Positions 24,792 to 39,108 of a stretch of 64,000 nt of DNA are shown in pieces (the first letter of the stretch is position 1; the number at the start of each line of letters is the position of its first letter). The stretch covers positions 682,001 to 746,000 of the forward strand of contig JAWMAR010000603.1 in assembly GCA_036785375.1 (NCBI GenBank), read 5' to 3'. The notes beneath the pieces are model-generated. The model was not told the origin of the DNA, did no database searches, and worked only from the letters and a program-made list of their open reading frames with translations. Made by a program: the position numbers and the translations under genes. This DNA comes from Leucoraja ocellata. Lineage: Eukaryota.

Positions 24792-26169
24792 TCAACATGT
24801 TGAATGAAACCTTGCGAGATTCATTAGAATAATCACCATTCAATCTAATATTTTCTAACTCTAGATTATAATTATGCAATTGAGAAATGTTCAATGAAAT
24901 TAGTTATGGCTTGAAGGTAAACACTATTATTTTTGCTAATTCTTCCATATTCACAGTCTAAGCCATAAAAGTACCCAACCATTGAAATGAATATGTATTT
25001 AAGTTATTATCAATAATGCAAAGATGAACATATGTCCTATTTACAACATATTAAGATTCATTTCAGGGTTTTCATGTTTCTATAAAGTAACCAAAAGCAG
25101 TGAAAGCAAAGTAATGAGAAAAGTGAATAATTTAATGAAACAAAACTAGTTTCATATAATGCGCCTGTCGCAGATACAATGGATTTAGGCTCAATGGATT
25201 TAGAATAAATCAGCTCAATGGATTTAGAATATGCAGAAATTGTACACAAGAAACCCCAGTTCAAACATAAAGTAACATCCTTTTAGTTTAGTTGGTAAAT
25301 ATGCTTACACATATATTTCTCACAGTTGCGAGAAATGAGTCTTAAGATCCAGCAGTGAGGAGCATTGTAATAAATCATCTGTGACAAGGATGGGTAACTT
25401 TGCATAATATTGACTGCAGAATTCAAAGCACCTCTCTATTCATGGAAAGGAAGTGAGACTATTCAAACAAGGATAGTCAACCAAGTCTAAACTTAAAGGT
25501 ATTTTATGGAGAAGCAGCATGCTACCACTGGAGCTATTTTTTGGACAGGTTTAAATATAGTATTTGGTCGACTATTTAAATCACTCACTTTTATTTGGGA
25601 GAAAGCCTTTTCAAAATAGAAACATAGAAATTAGGTGCAGGAGTAGGCCATTCGGCCCTTCGAGCCTGCACCGCCATTCAATATGATCATGGCTGATACT
25701 CGATCTCCTGCCATTTGCAGACTCCTTTATAAGTTTCAGTTTAGCCCACATCACCAGACTGAACAAGAGAAGCAGCTGAAAGCTACTATTTGGTCAGGAG
25801 AAAAATAAATAGTGGAAAGAAGATACATGATGGTTTTCTAACCTAGCCATTTATGGCCAACTCTAGAGTGGCATCGACTCTCAGTCTGAAGAAGGGTCTC
25901 GACCCAAAACGGCACCCATTCTTTCTCTCCTGAGATGTTGCCTGTCCTGCTGAGTTACTCCAGCATCTTGTGTCTATCTTCAAGAGAGACTGGTCAACAG
26001 CAAAGAGTGGTGGCCTTGTTTATGCTATTAGCTGACGAATTATGTTAATTAAATTTGATAAATAGATGATTATTGACCAGCAAGCTTAGACCTCACATAT
26101 ATTTTGCTGGTTTAATTTCCCATGATTTTTCCTGTTGTACTATTTCACTCTCATCCACAAACTTCCCAG

Positions 26170-27220
26170 TTGGTATTGGTTTATTATTCATGTCTACCAA
26201 AATACAGTAAAAAACATTTGTGTGCTTCCTGAGGAATTATACTATACATGATGAGTATAATCAAGCCGTACATACGTACAACTGATAGTGCAAACAAATA
26301 AAAAACACTAGAGTGTGGAACGTATTGTTACAGTGTTATGCCGTTACAATTACAGAGAAAGTGCAGATTAAAAAAGTGCAAGGTCCACAATGAATTAAAT
26401 TGGGAGATCGGGATTGGATCCTAATTTATGTGAGGACAATAGCAGGGAAGAAGCTATTCCTGAGTCTGGTGGTATGTACTTTCAAGCTTTTGCATCAGCT
26501 GCCTAATGCCCCTGTCCCACTTAGGAAACCTGAACGGAAACCTCTGGAGACTTTGCTCCCCACCCAAGGTCTCCGTGCGGTTCCCAGAGGTTGCAGGTGG
26601 TTGCCGGAGGTTGCAGGTAGTGGAAGCAGGTAGGGAGACTGACAAAAACCTCCGGGAACCACACGGAAACCTTGGGTGGGGCACAAAGTCTCCGGAGGTT
26701 TCCGTTCAGGTTTCCTAAGTGGGACAGGGTCATAAAGGGAGAGGGGAGAAGAGGGAATGACCAAAATGAAAATGGTCATTGATTATGTTGACTGCTTTCC
26801 CAAGCCAGCACAAGGTATCAATGGAGACAAAAAGCGTTGGCAGGTTTGTGAAATGGTTTGGGCTACATCCACAACTCTCAGAAATGTCTTTGGTCTTGGG
26901 TAGAACTGTTGCTGAACTATACTGTGATGCATGATGCTTTCAACAGTGCACCTGTAGAAATTGGAAAGTGTCATTGAAGACATGCCAAACTTTCTTTGGC
27001 TTCTTAGGAAGTATAGATGTTGCTTTCTTGGCCATAGCTTCAATGTAGTTGTCCAGGACAAATTGTTGGTGATATTTACATCTAGAAACTTGAAGAGCTC
27101 GATCATCTCCATTTTAGCACTATTGATGTTGGTTGGGGCATTTACACCACCTTGTTTCCCAAAGTCAATAACTAACTTCTTTGTCTTGCTGTCATTGAGG
27201 GAGAGGTATGGCACCATGTT
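26170..27220 (-). mobile_element. Rex/Babar-type LINE 3' fragment
   Basis: LNDSKTKKLVIDFGK...FKFLDVNITNNLSWT...HLYFLRSQRKFGMS...FYRCTVESI; interrupted by the MITE at 26507. Confidence 0.8.
26507..26732. mobile_element. PIF/Harbinger-type palindromic MITE (family B)
   Basis: Second copy of 23553-23765; TAA TSD at 26504-06 and 26733-35. Confidence 0.87.
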
Positions 27221-28399
27221 ACTAAACTCTTCAGAAACAACAAAGTTTCATTGCAAAAAGTGACCGAGGATAAAAGCAAGGTGCAAATCATAACACATGT
27301 ATGAGTAGCAAATGGGAAAGATTGAGGAAAGTCAGTTAAACCACGACCAAAATCCCAACTTGCATGATTCTTTGCTCTAATGTTATGGCATCTAAACTAT
27401 AATCTGTCCTAGCTTAAAATAGATACCTGAAAGAAACGCCACCAATGTGTATTAAAAGTGCCTGTAATGTTATACTATTAAGTGCCTGTAAGGAAATGTC
27501 CACTGAAGGAAACCTGCATAATTAGCTTTTACATTTAGTCCAAACCCTTATGTTCATATAAGCTTGAAATTATTTGATGGGGTTCAGAAACTCCCAGTGT
27601 GTTATTAGCAGTGCATTGACTTTTGGAAATCATGCTGGGAAAGCTGTTCTGCTCTGTCACTCTGCTAGAGGAAGCGATGAAATTATTTGCCCTGGTGAAC
27701 AATTCATCAGTCAACTGCTTGATTCACTGGTGAAGTACAGATTGACTGATATTACTGATACTCCCTATGACAGTTGGCAATGAGCCTGGCAAGGAAAGGT
27801 TCAGAGATATAGTGGCCTTGGCACTGATTGGCGACACTGATTCTGCAGTGGACATTTGCTGCAGGCTACATACAATGTTGGAAATAATGCAATTTCCTCC
27901 TTTATGAAGTAGAATCCGCAAACAATGTTAATTTCTGGTGTTTCAAAGCTAATATGCCTCTTGTAAACACTGCATAATCGGTACAAGCAGAATGTTATTG
28001 AAGCACCACAGCGGTTTTTTTCTCCCCACACAAAGAACACTAAAAATGGGGAATCTACATTGTTGAACCAATTTTCAAAATACTAAATTAAACAACTTTA
28101 CATTTGGTTAAAACTATTAATCACATAAAATAGGGTATGCCTAAAAAATAACAAATCATTTAAAGTACATTAACATTCAACAGTAAACCTGAGGAGTTAT
28201 TTTCAATGAACAACCTTTCAACACTGGCCTCCCTGCAACCCCAAATTGCACTAATGCTCCGTGTCACACAAAAAAAAACCGTAAAGGATAATTTCCCGTA
28301 AATATAGTTTTCAAATTAAGATAAACAAAATTAATAACATTTAGGTATGTACCATCTAAAATTAGCTTTGTTCCATAAAACTACTTACTTTTCCAATTG

Positions 28400-30790
28400 A
28401 TATCAGCCACTCGCCATACATAAACCTTTCCCCTGAAATCCCCTTTAAAACCTCTTAATCTCGCCCTCCATTTTTGAATAATGTACCACAGAAAATAAGT
28501 GCCTCTTATAATTTTATATGCCTCCATCAGGTCTCAGCCAGGGAAAAGAAACTAGCCTATCCCATCTCTCCCCACAACTGTCCTCCAATCCAGGCAACAC
28601 CCTGGTGAATCTGTGTAGGAAGGAACTGCAGATGCTGGTTTAAATCGAAGGTAGACACAAAATGCTGGAGTAACTCAGCGGGTCAGGCAGCATCTTCAGA
28701 CTCTTCGAAGGGTCTCGACCCGAAACGTCACCCATTCCTTCTCTCCAGAGATGCTGCCTGACCCGCTGAGTTACTCCAGCATTTTGTGTCTACCCTGGTG
28801 AATCTCCCCTGCACCCTCAATAGTGACATCATTTTCTGCCAATAGTGTGGTGACCAGAACTGTGCACGATCACCAACATTCCTGAATATCTTATATTAGC
28901 TGTAAATGTTCTATCTCTATTTGACTTCTCAAAATACTTCACTCTGCAATTGTCAGGATTAAGTTTCATCTGTCTGCACTCTGTAGCCTTAGACAACCTT
29001 CCTCACCATGCACAATATCACTAACTTTCTGCAAGTCATCTGCAAGCTCACTATTCTCCTACATTAGTTGTTAATATGGATCACAAACAACAAGGACACC
29101 AGCACCAATCTCTGCAGTGCACCACTGGTCACCGACAGGCAATCAGAAAAGCAACCCTCCACCACTACCCTTGGCCTCTTGTCACCAAGACAATTTTGGA
29201 TCCAATTAGCCTTCGATCCCATGGGTCCTAACCTTCTAGACCAGATTACCATTGGGACCTTGTCAAATGCCTTACTCTCTCGTTCATTTAGACAACTTCC
29301 ACTCTCCTGCCTTCATCAATCTTTTTATTTATCTTCTCAAAAATCTCCATCAAATCAGTGAGACGTGATTTCCAATGCATAAAGGCCCGTGCTGATGATA
29401 TTCCTGATCTGCCCCAGCTTTTACCACGATACCTAAATTCTATCACCTCTGGATTTTCTCCAACAATTTCTTAACACTGATTTCAGGTTCACCAGTCCAT
29501 AGTTATCTGGCTTCTTTCTGGTTACCAAAGATAGAAAAATGTTCATTAGGGCCCCCGCCATCTCTTCCATTGCTTCCCATAGCAACTTGGGATAGATCTC
29601 ACCTTGTACTGGGGACTATCAACCCTTATAAATCCCATGACATCAAACACCAATCCTTCATCATACTGAACTGGTCCAGATTATCTACATCCACTACCCT
29701 GAACTTCCCATCTTCCATGTCTTTCTCCTTGATGAATATAAATGAGAAATATTCATTTAGGACCTTATCCACATCGCTAGGATTACCCTTTTGGATCCTA
29801 CGGGGACCCAGTCTTTTCCCATCTACCTTCTTATTCCTAATATATTTATTAAATGGCTTATTGTCCTCCTTAATCATATGTGGCAAGGATATGTCATGCC
29901 CTACTTTTCCCCTCTTAATTTCCTGTGTTATCTCCTACACACTCTATATTCTTCATGAGAAATCCTCAATCACAGTTGCCTAGACCTACCACATGTTCGT
30001 TTTCTCTTCCTGATCAAATATCAATATCTTTTGTCATCCAAAATTCTGTCACCTTACCAAGTTTGCCTTTAAACCTTTATCGGACATGCTCGCCTGAATT
30101 CTTGCTCTCTTTTAAAAGACTCCCACTTGTCAGTTCTTGTTTTGCCGCAAGCATCTGCTCCCAGTTTACTCTCACAGGTCATCTCACATGCTATTGAAAC
30201 CATGTTCTCCTACTTCAAGAACTTAACCCGAGGACCAACCTCATCCCTTTCTATAACAACATTGACCCCCCCCCCCCCCCCAACACACACACCTCTCATT
30301 GTCCTTCCATCTACTGCCCAGTTTCATTTCTTAGGTAGAGCTTCAATACGGTCTCATCTTGAGTAATACTCTCTACATATTGTGTCAAATAAATTCCTTG
30401 CATGCACTTAACAAATTCCATCCAATCTAAGGCAATCCCAGTCAATACTGGAAAATTTAAAATTCTCCACTACCATAACCCTATCACTCTTAAATCTTTG
30501 CATGATTTGTTTACATACCAGCTGTTCCTCTCATTCACACTGTGACTATAGTATAATCCAGCAAAGTGTTTGCCTGTCGCTTTTTCCCCGAAGTTCCACT
30601 CCTACTGCCTTGTTAGATACTCCCTCCAGGATATCCTCTAACTTCCTCTGGTACCGCCATTATATTCTCCCTATAATAGTGTGAATCACTCTCTTTCCCA
30701 TCTCTCTCTTTCACACCTGAAATTTCTATGCTGTCCTTCCTTACTATAGTTGTAATAACATCATAATTCCAATACTGATCCACATCAGAT
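28400..30790 (-). mobile_element. long decayed CR1-type LINE
   Basis: WIQNCLGDKRPRVVVEGCFSDCLSVTSGALQRLVLVSLLFVIHIN (RT region) and VLNEYFSFIFIKEKDME. Boundaries approximate. Confidence 0.8.
28613..28791. mobile_element. palindromic Penelope-end mini-retroelement with 14-bp TSD
   Basis: Inverted arms (gacacaaaatgctggagtaactcagcgggtcaggcagcatct and its reverse complement) flanked by ACCCTGGTGAATCT at 28599-28612 and 28792-28805. Confidence 0.85.
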
Positions 30791-33590
30791 CAATTTTGAA
30801 AGTTGGTGTACAAGAACAAAATTAAGTTTGGAGGCTCATGCTAATGGATGCACTTTAACTATTATTGAACAAAAATCACATCTCTACCAATTTGGAAGAA
30901 CTGGTGTTTATGTAAAGTGGTGCCTAAAAAGCCAACAAGGAGAATGATTGACAAATTAAACCTACAAGTCACAAAGGTATGACTTGAATATCGGGATAGG
31001 AGTTGGCCTAATGTTGTACTGGTGATGAATGGAATATAGTTTGAAATTTAACGTTCAAAAACAACATATGTGAATCACCGAATTCAGGTTGAATTAAAGA
31101 GCTGCCGATGCTGGTAATGATATTGAACTTTTGGCATGCAAAGTTGCTTTGATCGTCCAAATGTGTAACTGAAGGAAAGTTGGCAAAGATTACCATGCAT
31201 TACCAATGAGAATTATAGGGAATTACATGTTCAACAAAACACGCAATGACTAAAATACTATTTTTTTGGTTACTGGCCAGAGAATCGGCAAGATCTCTCT
31301 TGTAACATGTCTGATTTTTCTACTTTTCAGCAACCAATGCGAATCCTTGTTCGGTGATGGTGATTTAAAAAAAAAAACATTGAGGAGCAATGGATAGATT
31401 TTAAGAGGAAAATAATAGTTTCTCATTCATGCTTAGTATTTTTTAGTCGACTTACTTACAATATTTTATATTTTAAAAATGTGAATATAAAATTCAAAAT
31501 TTAAACATTTTACCCTTAGTTGTAATATTAATAAACAAACAAGAATGTATTTCAAATGCCAGTTTTTAGTTGGAATATCTACAAGGTATAAATATTACTG
31601 TCTACAATGCACTGCTTTACTCTGTGCTCAGTTCAACTAAGATCATCATCATTAATCACATCTGGCAGTTTCTTTTCCAAAGATTACAATATGTTGAAAT
31701 GTCATTCTAGACCCATGGTGTTAGAAATATATTCCTCTAATTATTGTTGTTTATTTTTGTCACACAGCGTTCTGAAAGTCACCAGCAAAAATGTATATCT
31801 TTATTTTCATCTTGTGCTGCGTACACACGGTATCAATAGAATTGCCAATTTGTGAGTAGAGCAATACTGGAAAATAATTTAACCCATGACACCGGGTATG
31901 TGACCTGCTCATCCCTCAGACTTAATTGGATCTTTCTGACATTGCACAGTGATTTATTTCCTGTGTCCCACAGTTCAGCATCTGCAACTGTGATCTTTGT
32001 ATTGTTACAGTGCCTGAGCTACGCCGCTTTGACAGAGTTCACACAAGTCTTTAGGCATGAAAAGAATGTACCAGTAATGTTGTCCTTCATCATTGACATG
32101 GCTGGGAACTATCTGTTCTTCTGTTGGTGTGAACGTTTATAAATCTGTGTCTTGATTTTGGAAATATGAATGATTATAGTTTAAACTGTGTGATTTTGTA
32201 AGTGTAGCTTGCTTTAAATTCCAGCATATAATTGTTATAGAATCCTTAAGAAATGAAAGGGACCACTGAAAAGAATAATTCCTGGCACAGCTCTCAATGC
32301 TGTCGTAAAATGGCTTCCCCTTTACCCAAACCTCACAAACATTTTGTAACATTACTGCATGCTATATTTTTTCTCACTTCTACAGATAATGCAAACGTTC
32401 CTATTAATTTTTGTGTGTTAAACAAATATATTGTTAATAAAATATACCAAAAAATGTTTTTAATCAAAAAGACAATTCACTACATGTTCCTCTATTCTAA
32501 ATTAACTTTAATCATGCCATTTAATATCATGTTTTATTTTCTCCCTCATCTCCCACTGTGATCCAGATCCTCTCCATTTTTTTTGCTACAAATCATCCAA
32601 AATGTTGTGGTTATGTTCCTGACTCTCACCAAATCTCATTGATCTATTAATTCCATGTGTTCTAGTCCATTTGTTGGTCGATCATTGCTTTGATTTTTTA
32701 ATTCTTAACAATGTTTCCAGATCTGTGTCCCTTCTTGTTATCTCCTCCTATTCCCTGCATTATGCCTGTATTCCAGTTCTGCCTTCTAGCACTCCTCTCT
32801 TGCACACTGCAGCCTTGCTCTGGCCTTCCACAGAAGCCCTGCTCGTTTAGGATTCTAATTAAAATCTATCTAATTTAGGATTCTAATTAAAATAGATCAA
32901 GCTATCTATTTATGTAGCTGGGAGACACATTTTGTTAGATGTCAGATGAACTGTTATGTTTATTTTACTATGTCAAAGGCTACATAAAAAATGCCAGTGT
33001 TTACAATTGAAGTGAAGTGTTAGATTTTGCATATGAGCTTTACATTTTGAATTATCTGGTATCTGGAAATTAGTGAGTATACAGAGTTGTTGAGACCAAA
33101 GATATTAGAGCTCCACTATAGCATCTTTGGTTGAGACACAACCAATGACATGATTAAGAGAAAGTTAACATTGTGAATGATAAATGCAAATAATTGATAG
33201 CTAATTCTCAATTATCATATGGGGCTCAGTAAAATATACTGCCTATTAATATTTGGAAATTATCTTTCAACTTAATGAAAAGAGAGAATGCTGGAATTTT
33301 TCAGCAGGTCAGGCCACATTTGTGGGAAGAAAAATCGAGCTTACATTTCAGGTTGAAGAATGGTACAGAGTATTTCCAACATCTTTTTTAATTTTAAATT
33401 TCCACCATCTGCAGCTTATTTTGATTTTCATTCTACTTTAATTATATATTTTTCCCAATTGTCCCCATTTAGCCTGAAAGCCAGTTTATTCAAATATAAA
33501 TAAAGGGCTGTGCTCATAAAAGTGTCCAACTATTTAATCTTAACTTTCTTATTACAATAACAAATTATGTCATACTGTTCATTTTTGTAC

Positions 33591-33771
33591 CATCTGTGGA
33601 ATATATATTTTTTAAATAGTGACATTGTTTGGATAGCACTGATTTTTGAGGGAAAGTCAGCCTTGAAATTGCCTATGCTAAAGCTTAATTTGGCTGTGAG
33701 ATTTTGCAGCAAAATTAATTTCTCCTGATGCTCAAAGTATTGGCTGGGCACCACTCTTTCCTGCATGCGGT
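33591..33771 (-). pseudogene. candidate exon of an unidentified or decayed - strand gene
   Basis: Strong acceptor tttttatttccattcatag| and donor TG|GTACAA; open frame RMQERVVPSQYFEHQEKLILLQNLTAKLSFSIGNFKADFPSKISAIQTMSLFKKYIFHR. Confidence 0.35.
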
Positions 33772-36529
33772 CTATGAATGGAAATAAAAATATGGGTGAA
33801 TCCAGGGTCAGGTCAGGGGCGAGAGGGCCACATTTGGGAGCCCAGGTAGGCCCTTAAGGGTAGTGGTGGGGGCATGGGAGAGGCTACCTCGGTGACGTAT
33901 ACCTCGGGAAGAAAGGATTGATATGCACAGAGATCAAATCATTCCAAGAATGTACCTGGAGATTCGGGCCCAGAAGTCCAAATGGAGGTTGCTCAGTAAC
34001 AGGATGTTTGGTCATGAGATTGGGGATAGGCCAGTGGGTTGGTGGTGCATTCTCTTCGGTTCCCAGTATTGAAGTAAAATCAGTCCAAGGAGCAATTGCT
34101 GTGGCAGAGGGACAATTTTACAGTAACATGATTGATCTGGGAGTGCCCAATAATAGGTGCTCCTTAAAACAATATACCCTAATTCCTGATCACAAGAACT
34201 CAGCATTGGAAATTACTTTATCTTTTGGGTGATTCATCAGAAATGAAGTGCTCTTTTGAATTCATTTTGATCCATTCTAGAATTGGTGGAATTCAGAAAT
34301 ATTGAACCATGTGTTTCAATGAAGAATAGATAACACATTTTAATTCTGTCGTGATTTCTTCCCTCATATGATTTTTTTGGTGTTTATTTTTTAAGATATT
34401 TTATTTGATTACAAAAGCATTAAACAGATAGATAAAAGTTGTTGATTGTTACCAATGCAATTTTGAAAATAAATCTTGATTCAAAGTTTAAATAACCAAG
34501 TGGATTAGAATAATGAGAGCTACTCTATTTATATTGCACTTGGAATTAATGCAGGGTTCATAGAGTCATTCAAGTATTTCACCAATTTATCTTCAAAACT
34601 ATCTTTAATACTCAGAGCAATTCAAACAACTTCAATTTGTTTAAATTCTGGAATATGCACCTCGGAACATCCTATGCCCATTGTACATGAAACATAAACT
34701 GTTGATGCCTTTTGTTGCAGTAGCTATAGAGAAGGGAAGGATTACTCAAAGGATAAAGGAGAGAGTTTATGTCTAGAATCAGAAGATGTAGGAGAGGTCT
34801 TTGCATCTGTATTCACCAAGGAGAAGAACATGGAGGATAGTGCGATCAGTGTGGTGTATACCAATATGCTAGGGCAGTTTATGAGTGTGGAGGTGTTGGG
34901 TCTCTCAAAGTGTAAAGGTGGATAAAACCCCTGGACCTAGTTCCCAGTGAAGTTACTGTGGGATTTAATAGAGTTTACATATATTTACATGAACTGTTTG
35001 GTGAATACAGAGAACAGCAGGAACATGGTGGTCAAGAAAATGGGATACAATGTATTCATAGTTAAGAATATAATTACTATATTTTGCAGCAAATGTTGCA
35101 GATTGTGAAAAAAATGTAACTGTAGAAGTGAATCACAAGATTTTTAGTGCCTGGAGTGGATAGATTGTAATTTGTGGTGAAGAGTTAAGTAAACACAGTG
35201 ATCATCAACTTTATAGTTGGCTAAATTTACAAATGTATATTAATCTGAAGTTAACATCATTTGCTTTTCTGTACTTTCAATAGGGTTTAACTACATTTTA
35301 AAGAGGGAACATTGTGGTGTATTTATGTATAAATAAACCTTTTAAACTTACTATATTATGTGTGATGACTTAATACATTGTTGTGCCAGACACTGCTATT
35401 AATTGAGAATTTTCATTCCATCACTAAAATATATTCTGTTAATAGCTCTGCCCCTTTTATTTGATTTAGAGAGTGCGGTATTATTCCGTTTTTTCTAAAC
35501 CAGCAGGCCATGGTCTCCATATTTTGTAAATAAATAATTATTTACACATGGAAGCCAATCATAAATCAAATAAATGTGGAATAAAGTCATATATGTGATC
35601 ATATTTTATGCAACATGTATATTTATGTATTTCTATTGCAAAATAATAAACATTTTATCATTATGCGACACTCTTGAGGTTTCTAAGGTTTATGCACTTG
35701 GACAACATATTCTATTTGCAATTTGTTCCATGTAATGCAAGACTGTTGGCAGTTTCTTTTTTAATGTGCACTACATATGTGTTTGCAGGTTGCCGACAGC
35801 TGGGCACTGCATTTTTCTGCTCTGCACCTGCATGTATAAGTACATACATAAACAAAAATAAATTAAATCTTATGCAGAGCAGTAAAAAATCCAACCAGCC
35901 ATGAACCACAGGGGAACATGATGACAAGTGTTTAGCTGTAAACAAGCTTTAAAGGGATTTAATGTTTCTATGTTAATCCTTTTGACAAGTGCCCGTGATG
36001 GCATCTCATGCAGAGTCGGCATAAGCAGGGATTTGAGAACAAGCATCATTGAAAAATTTATTTTCAAAACAAAAACACAAACTTTTTTCCCTAAAAAGGA
36101 ATAAAATAAATAGTTTCTTTGTTTAATTATAAATATTGGGGCATTCACATATGGCATGATTTTAAATATTTTTACCAACTAATATCAAAAGAGTTAATCT
36201 TAATTAATCTACACATTAAAGCAGTAGCAAGCAGAAATAAATTGATGTGTTTCTTCCCCTATCCCCTTGATGAAGAGATTTGCTTTTGTTTTTTGAGAAC
36301 TGAAAGGAAGCAGATACAAATCAAATTGGACACATAATCATCAGAAGAAAAATCCATAAGTTTGAAATAATATTAGAGGAATTTAAACCCTCTTTCATTA
36401 ATGTCAATGCTATGTGGACCATTTATCTTTTCTGTGTCTTGTAGATTTAACCTGTGAAATTCATCATTTTCCTTCTCTTTCCCAAATGAACATTTAATAT
36501 TAACAGCTGGTGAAATTCATAAAGTGTAC

Positions 36530-36589
36530 CTGCACGTCTAACAGGACTTCATTGCTCAGATACCTGTGATGTACTTCTTCGGCTATTAC
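36530..36589 (-). pseudogene. candidate exon of an unidentified - strand gene
   Basis: ccatag|...CAG|GTACAC; only the phase-0 frame is open (VIAEEVHHRYLSNEVLLDVQ), matching the phase-0 end of 38112-38224. Confidence 0.3.
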
Positions 36590-38111
36590 CTATGGTTCCC
36601 AGAGCTTGTTTCAAAATAATTTGCATGTCAGTCCATAAAATAAACTAACCAGTGATCACCACTGCATCCTCACTCCATTGCGGCTGTTATCTGTTTTCAT
36701 CTTTGCACATCCTTTATAAAATAAAGGAAATGCCCTGCTTTTTGGAATTTAAAACATGATCAGAAATGGGAGCTATAACCAAAACAAACTGCTTCAAAAC
36801 TAAATCTGGAAAGAGGATTTCTCAAAGTCCTGTATTGTTTAAATTATATATTAGAAACTAAATCCAAAACACTTGAAAATTATTAATGGCAGAGCAAAAT
36901 TTTGAAGCAAAGACCGAGACTGCTCTCCATTCACCCTGTCGCCAATTGTCTGCAGTTTGATCAACATCTCTCTTAATTTGGTGTCTGTGATGGATTCTAA
37001 ATAAATCCATGGTATCTGAAGTCAGACTCAAGGAACTACAAATGCTGGTTTCAGGTCAAGAAACAACAAAGTTCCAGATCCAATCAGTCCAAGTCTTTAA
37101 CTACTAACTAATAGAAATCCCATATAAGGAAGCATAAAACATTACAAACATAAATTAGATTTATTGAAGCACAGAAAGTGAATATGGGAAGTAAATCAGA
37201 AAAGTAAAGGAAATAGAAAAGCCTTTTTTTTTTGCTTTTAAGTCATCAATATTAATTACCCTCTGTGGGATTGGTGCTCTGTAATTGTAATGTTAATTTT
37301 TCAGGAGCATAGAGACAGCTCAATAAGAATTATCACTTATCCTATTAGTAACTTATCCTGCAGCAACTTTATCAACAATTTTACTGCAGAACTATCTGGC
37401 AAGTAGTTGCTGTCAGTTCAGTGCAAAGATTATTGACCAGAACTGCTACAGCCCACAGTCTAGCACAGGAGGGTATCAGAAAAGTCTGGATTTATGCAGG
37501 TATAGACATCAGACTGTAAAATGTATTCAGTATTAATACTAAATGATGACAGCTTCATCAAAATTATTTCAGCAAAATCTGGCCATAATCATCATGCACT
37601 CCCAGTTATGGAGATTTAATAAAAATATTTGTTCCTCCATTATTGGGTGCATGGATGTTGTAAATTCCACTTGTTCTCCTGGAGGCAAATATGTAATCAT
37701 GAGTTAACTCTAGATCATCACAGAGAACTTTTGGTATCAATTTTATTTTGTTGTACATATACCCATGTTCCTTTGTTGCTACTAAAATATTATTTTTTTC
37801 ACATTTTCAATCGAAATGAAGGCATTGACATATACCCCAATAAACCTCATGGGTGCTAGTAACCCTCCAGTTCATGTCAAGACTGGTGAGTCTTGCATCT
37901 ATAACAATATTCATTTGCAGGATCATCACACTCAAGCTTTATCATGTCAAAATACACTTAGAAAGCACATAGTAATTATATCTATCATCTTCCTTTTCCA
38001 AACACAGATACACTGTGGACAATTCAGAAATTCAACATGCAATCTGTACACAAATAAAGCAAGCATTTGGATTAGAGACGTCTTTGGCTCAGTGACAATC
38101 AGGTTACTCAC

Positions 38112-38224
38112 CTGTTCAATTAATGCACTGCACTTTTTAAACATTGAGCTAATGTTTGGCATGCAGATTTGAATGTAACTTGAATACCAAACTGTTCCAG
38201 CTCGGTCAACAATCGCCTCCTCTG
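38112..38224 (-). pseudogene. candidate exon of an unidentified - strand gene
   Basis: Consensus donor CAG|GTGAGT; phase 1->0; AEEAIVDRAGTVWYSSYIQICMPNISSMFKKCSALIEQ. Confidence 0.4.
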
Positions 38225-38558
38225 CTTTTTGAAATGCATTGATAGGGAAGGAACCATATTTCACCACAGGTGTGATGGCTATGCTGGTTCAGATTCTCTG
38301 ACACTTACTCAACTATCATGGCAGATCATGATTTGGTGACACAGTGAATGTTAATGCTACTTTTCAGTAAGTATCAGGACCATGTCAAAGGCTTTTGCTA
38401 AATGACTCTTATTTGTCAGATGTTTGATACATTAAAAATGTCAAATGACCATTCATTCTACAGCATATAAATGTATCTCTGCTTCCTTGTAAAGAAGGGA
38501 ATAGCAATTCATATGACAACTGTTTTTCTCAAACGTTTACATATTTGGTGGTACTCAC

Positions 38559-38745
38559 CAGGATCCCTCAGAATGCCTGTGCTTTTTATTTGAGACTCTT
38601 CTTCTTCTTGCGTATGACGTGCACAGCCTAAAGTTGTAGGACAATTTGTTCTATTTGATCTTACTTGATTGTGCACGCCAGGTTGATTGCATTCGTCGAA
38701 ACAGAACGGACCACGTGAAGGTTGCAATCTCCCACCCCATTTGAG
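38559..38745 (-). pseudogene. candidate exon of an unidentified - strand gene (5' boundary uncertain)
   Basis: Consensus donor CTG|GTGAGT in phase 1, compatible with the next exon; frame ...QPSRGPFCFDECNQPGVHNQVRSNRTNCPTTLGCARHTQEEEESQIKSTGILRDP. Confidence 0.38.
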
Positions 38746-39095
38746 ACTCCAACATATTTAACAAGGTTTAATGCATAACATTATCATTTTATTTTTTCTG
38801 TCTCATATTCCCCATGATGTGCAAAGATTTTAAAATATTTTTGAAATCATTGAATTTTATTTATTGAAAAAAAGTTAATGGAAGAACGGTGGATGACCTA
38901 TTCAGGTGATTGAATAGACTTTTTTTTCTTAATCCAGTGAAGTTTAGTTGTACATTCACAAGATTCAGTATTAACAGTGAATGGTGATGTACACAAGTTA
39001 AAGTAACATTCGCGCTTCCTCCTTCCCCAAATATGTGTTTGGCTTCTGCAACATTTCTTGAGGTTACAGAACTGACTTGTCAACCAGCACTTATA

Positions 39096-39108
39096 CGCCA
39101 CCTAGTGG
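39096..39108 (-). promoter_or_regulatory. CTCF binding motif
   Basis: CCACTAGGTGGCG on - is a near-perfect CTCF core, with TGCAGT just upstream (upstream-motif-like). Confidence 0.62.

Noticed and set aside
23542-26779. Repeated ORFs PVPLRKPERKP / LSHLGNLNGNL
   Set aside because: Translations of the palindromic MITE, appearing on both strands.
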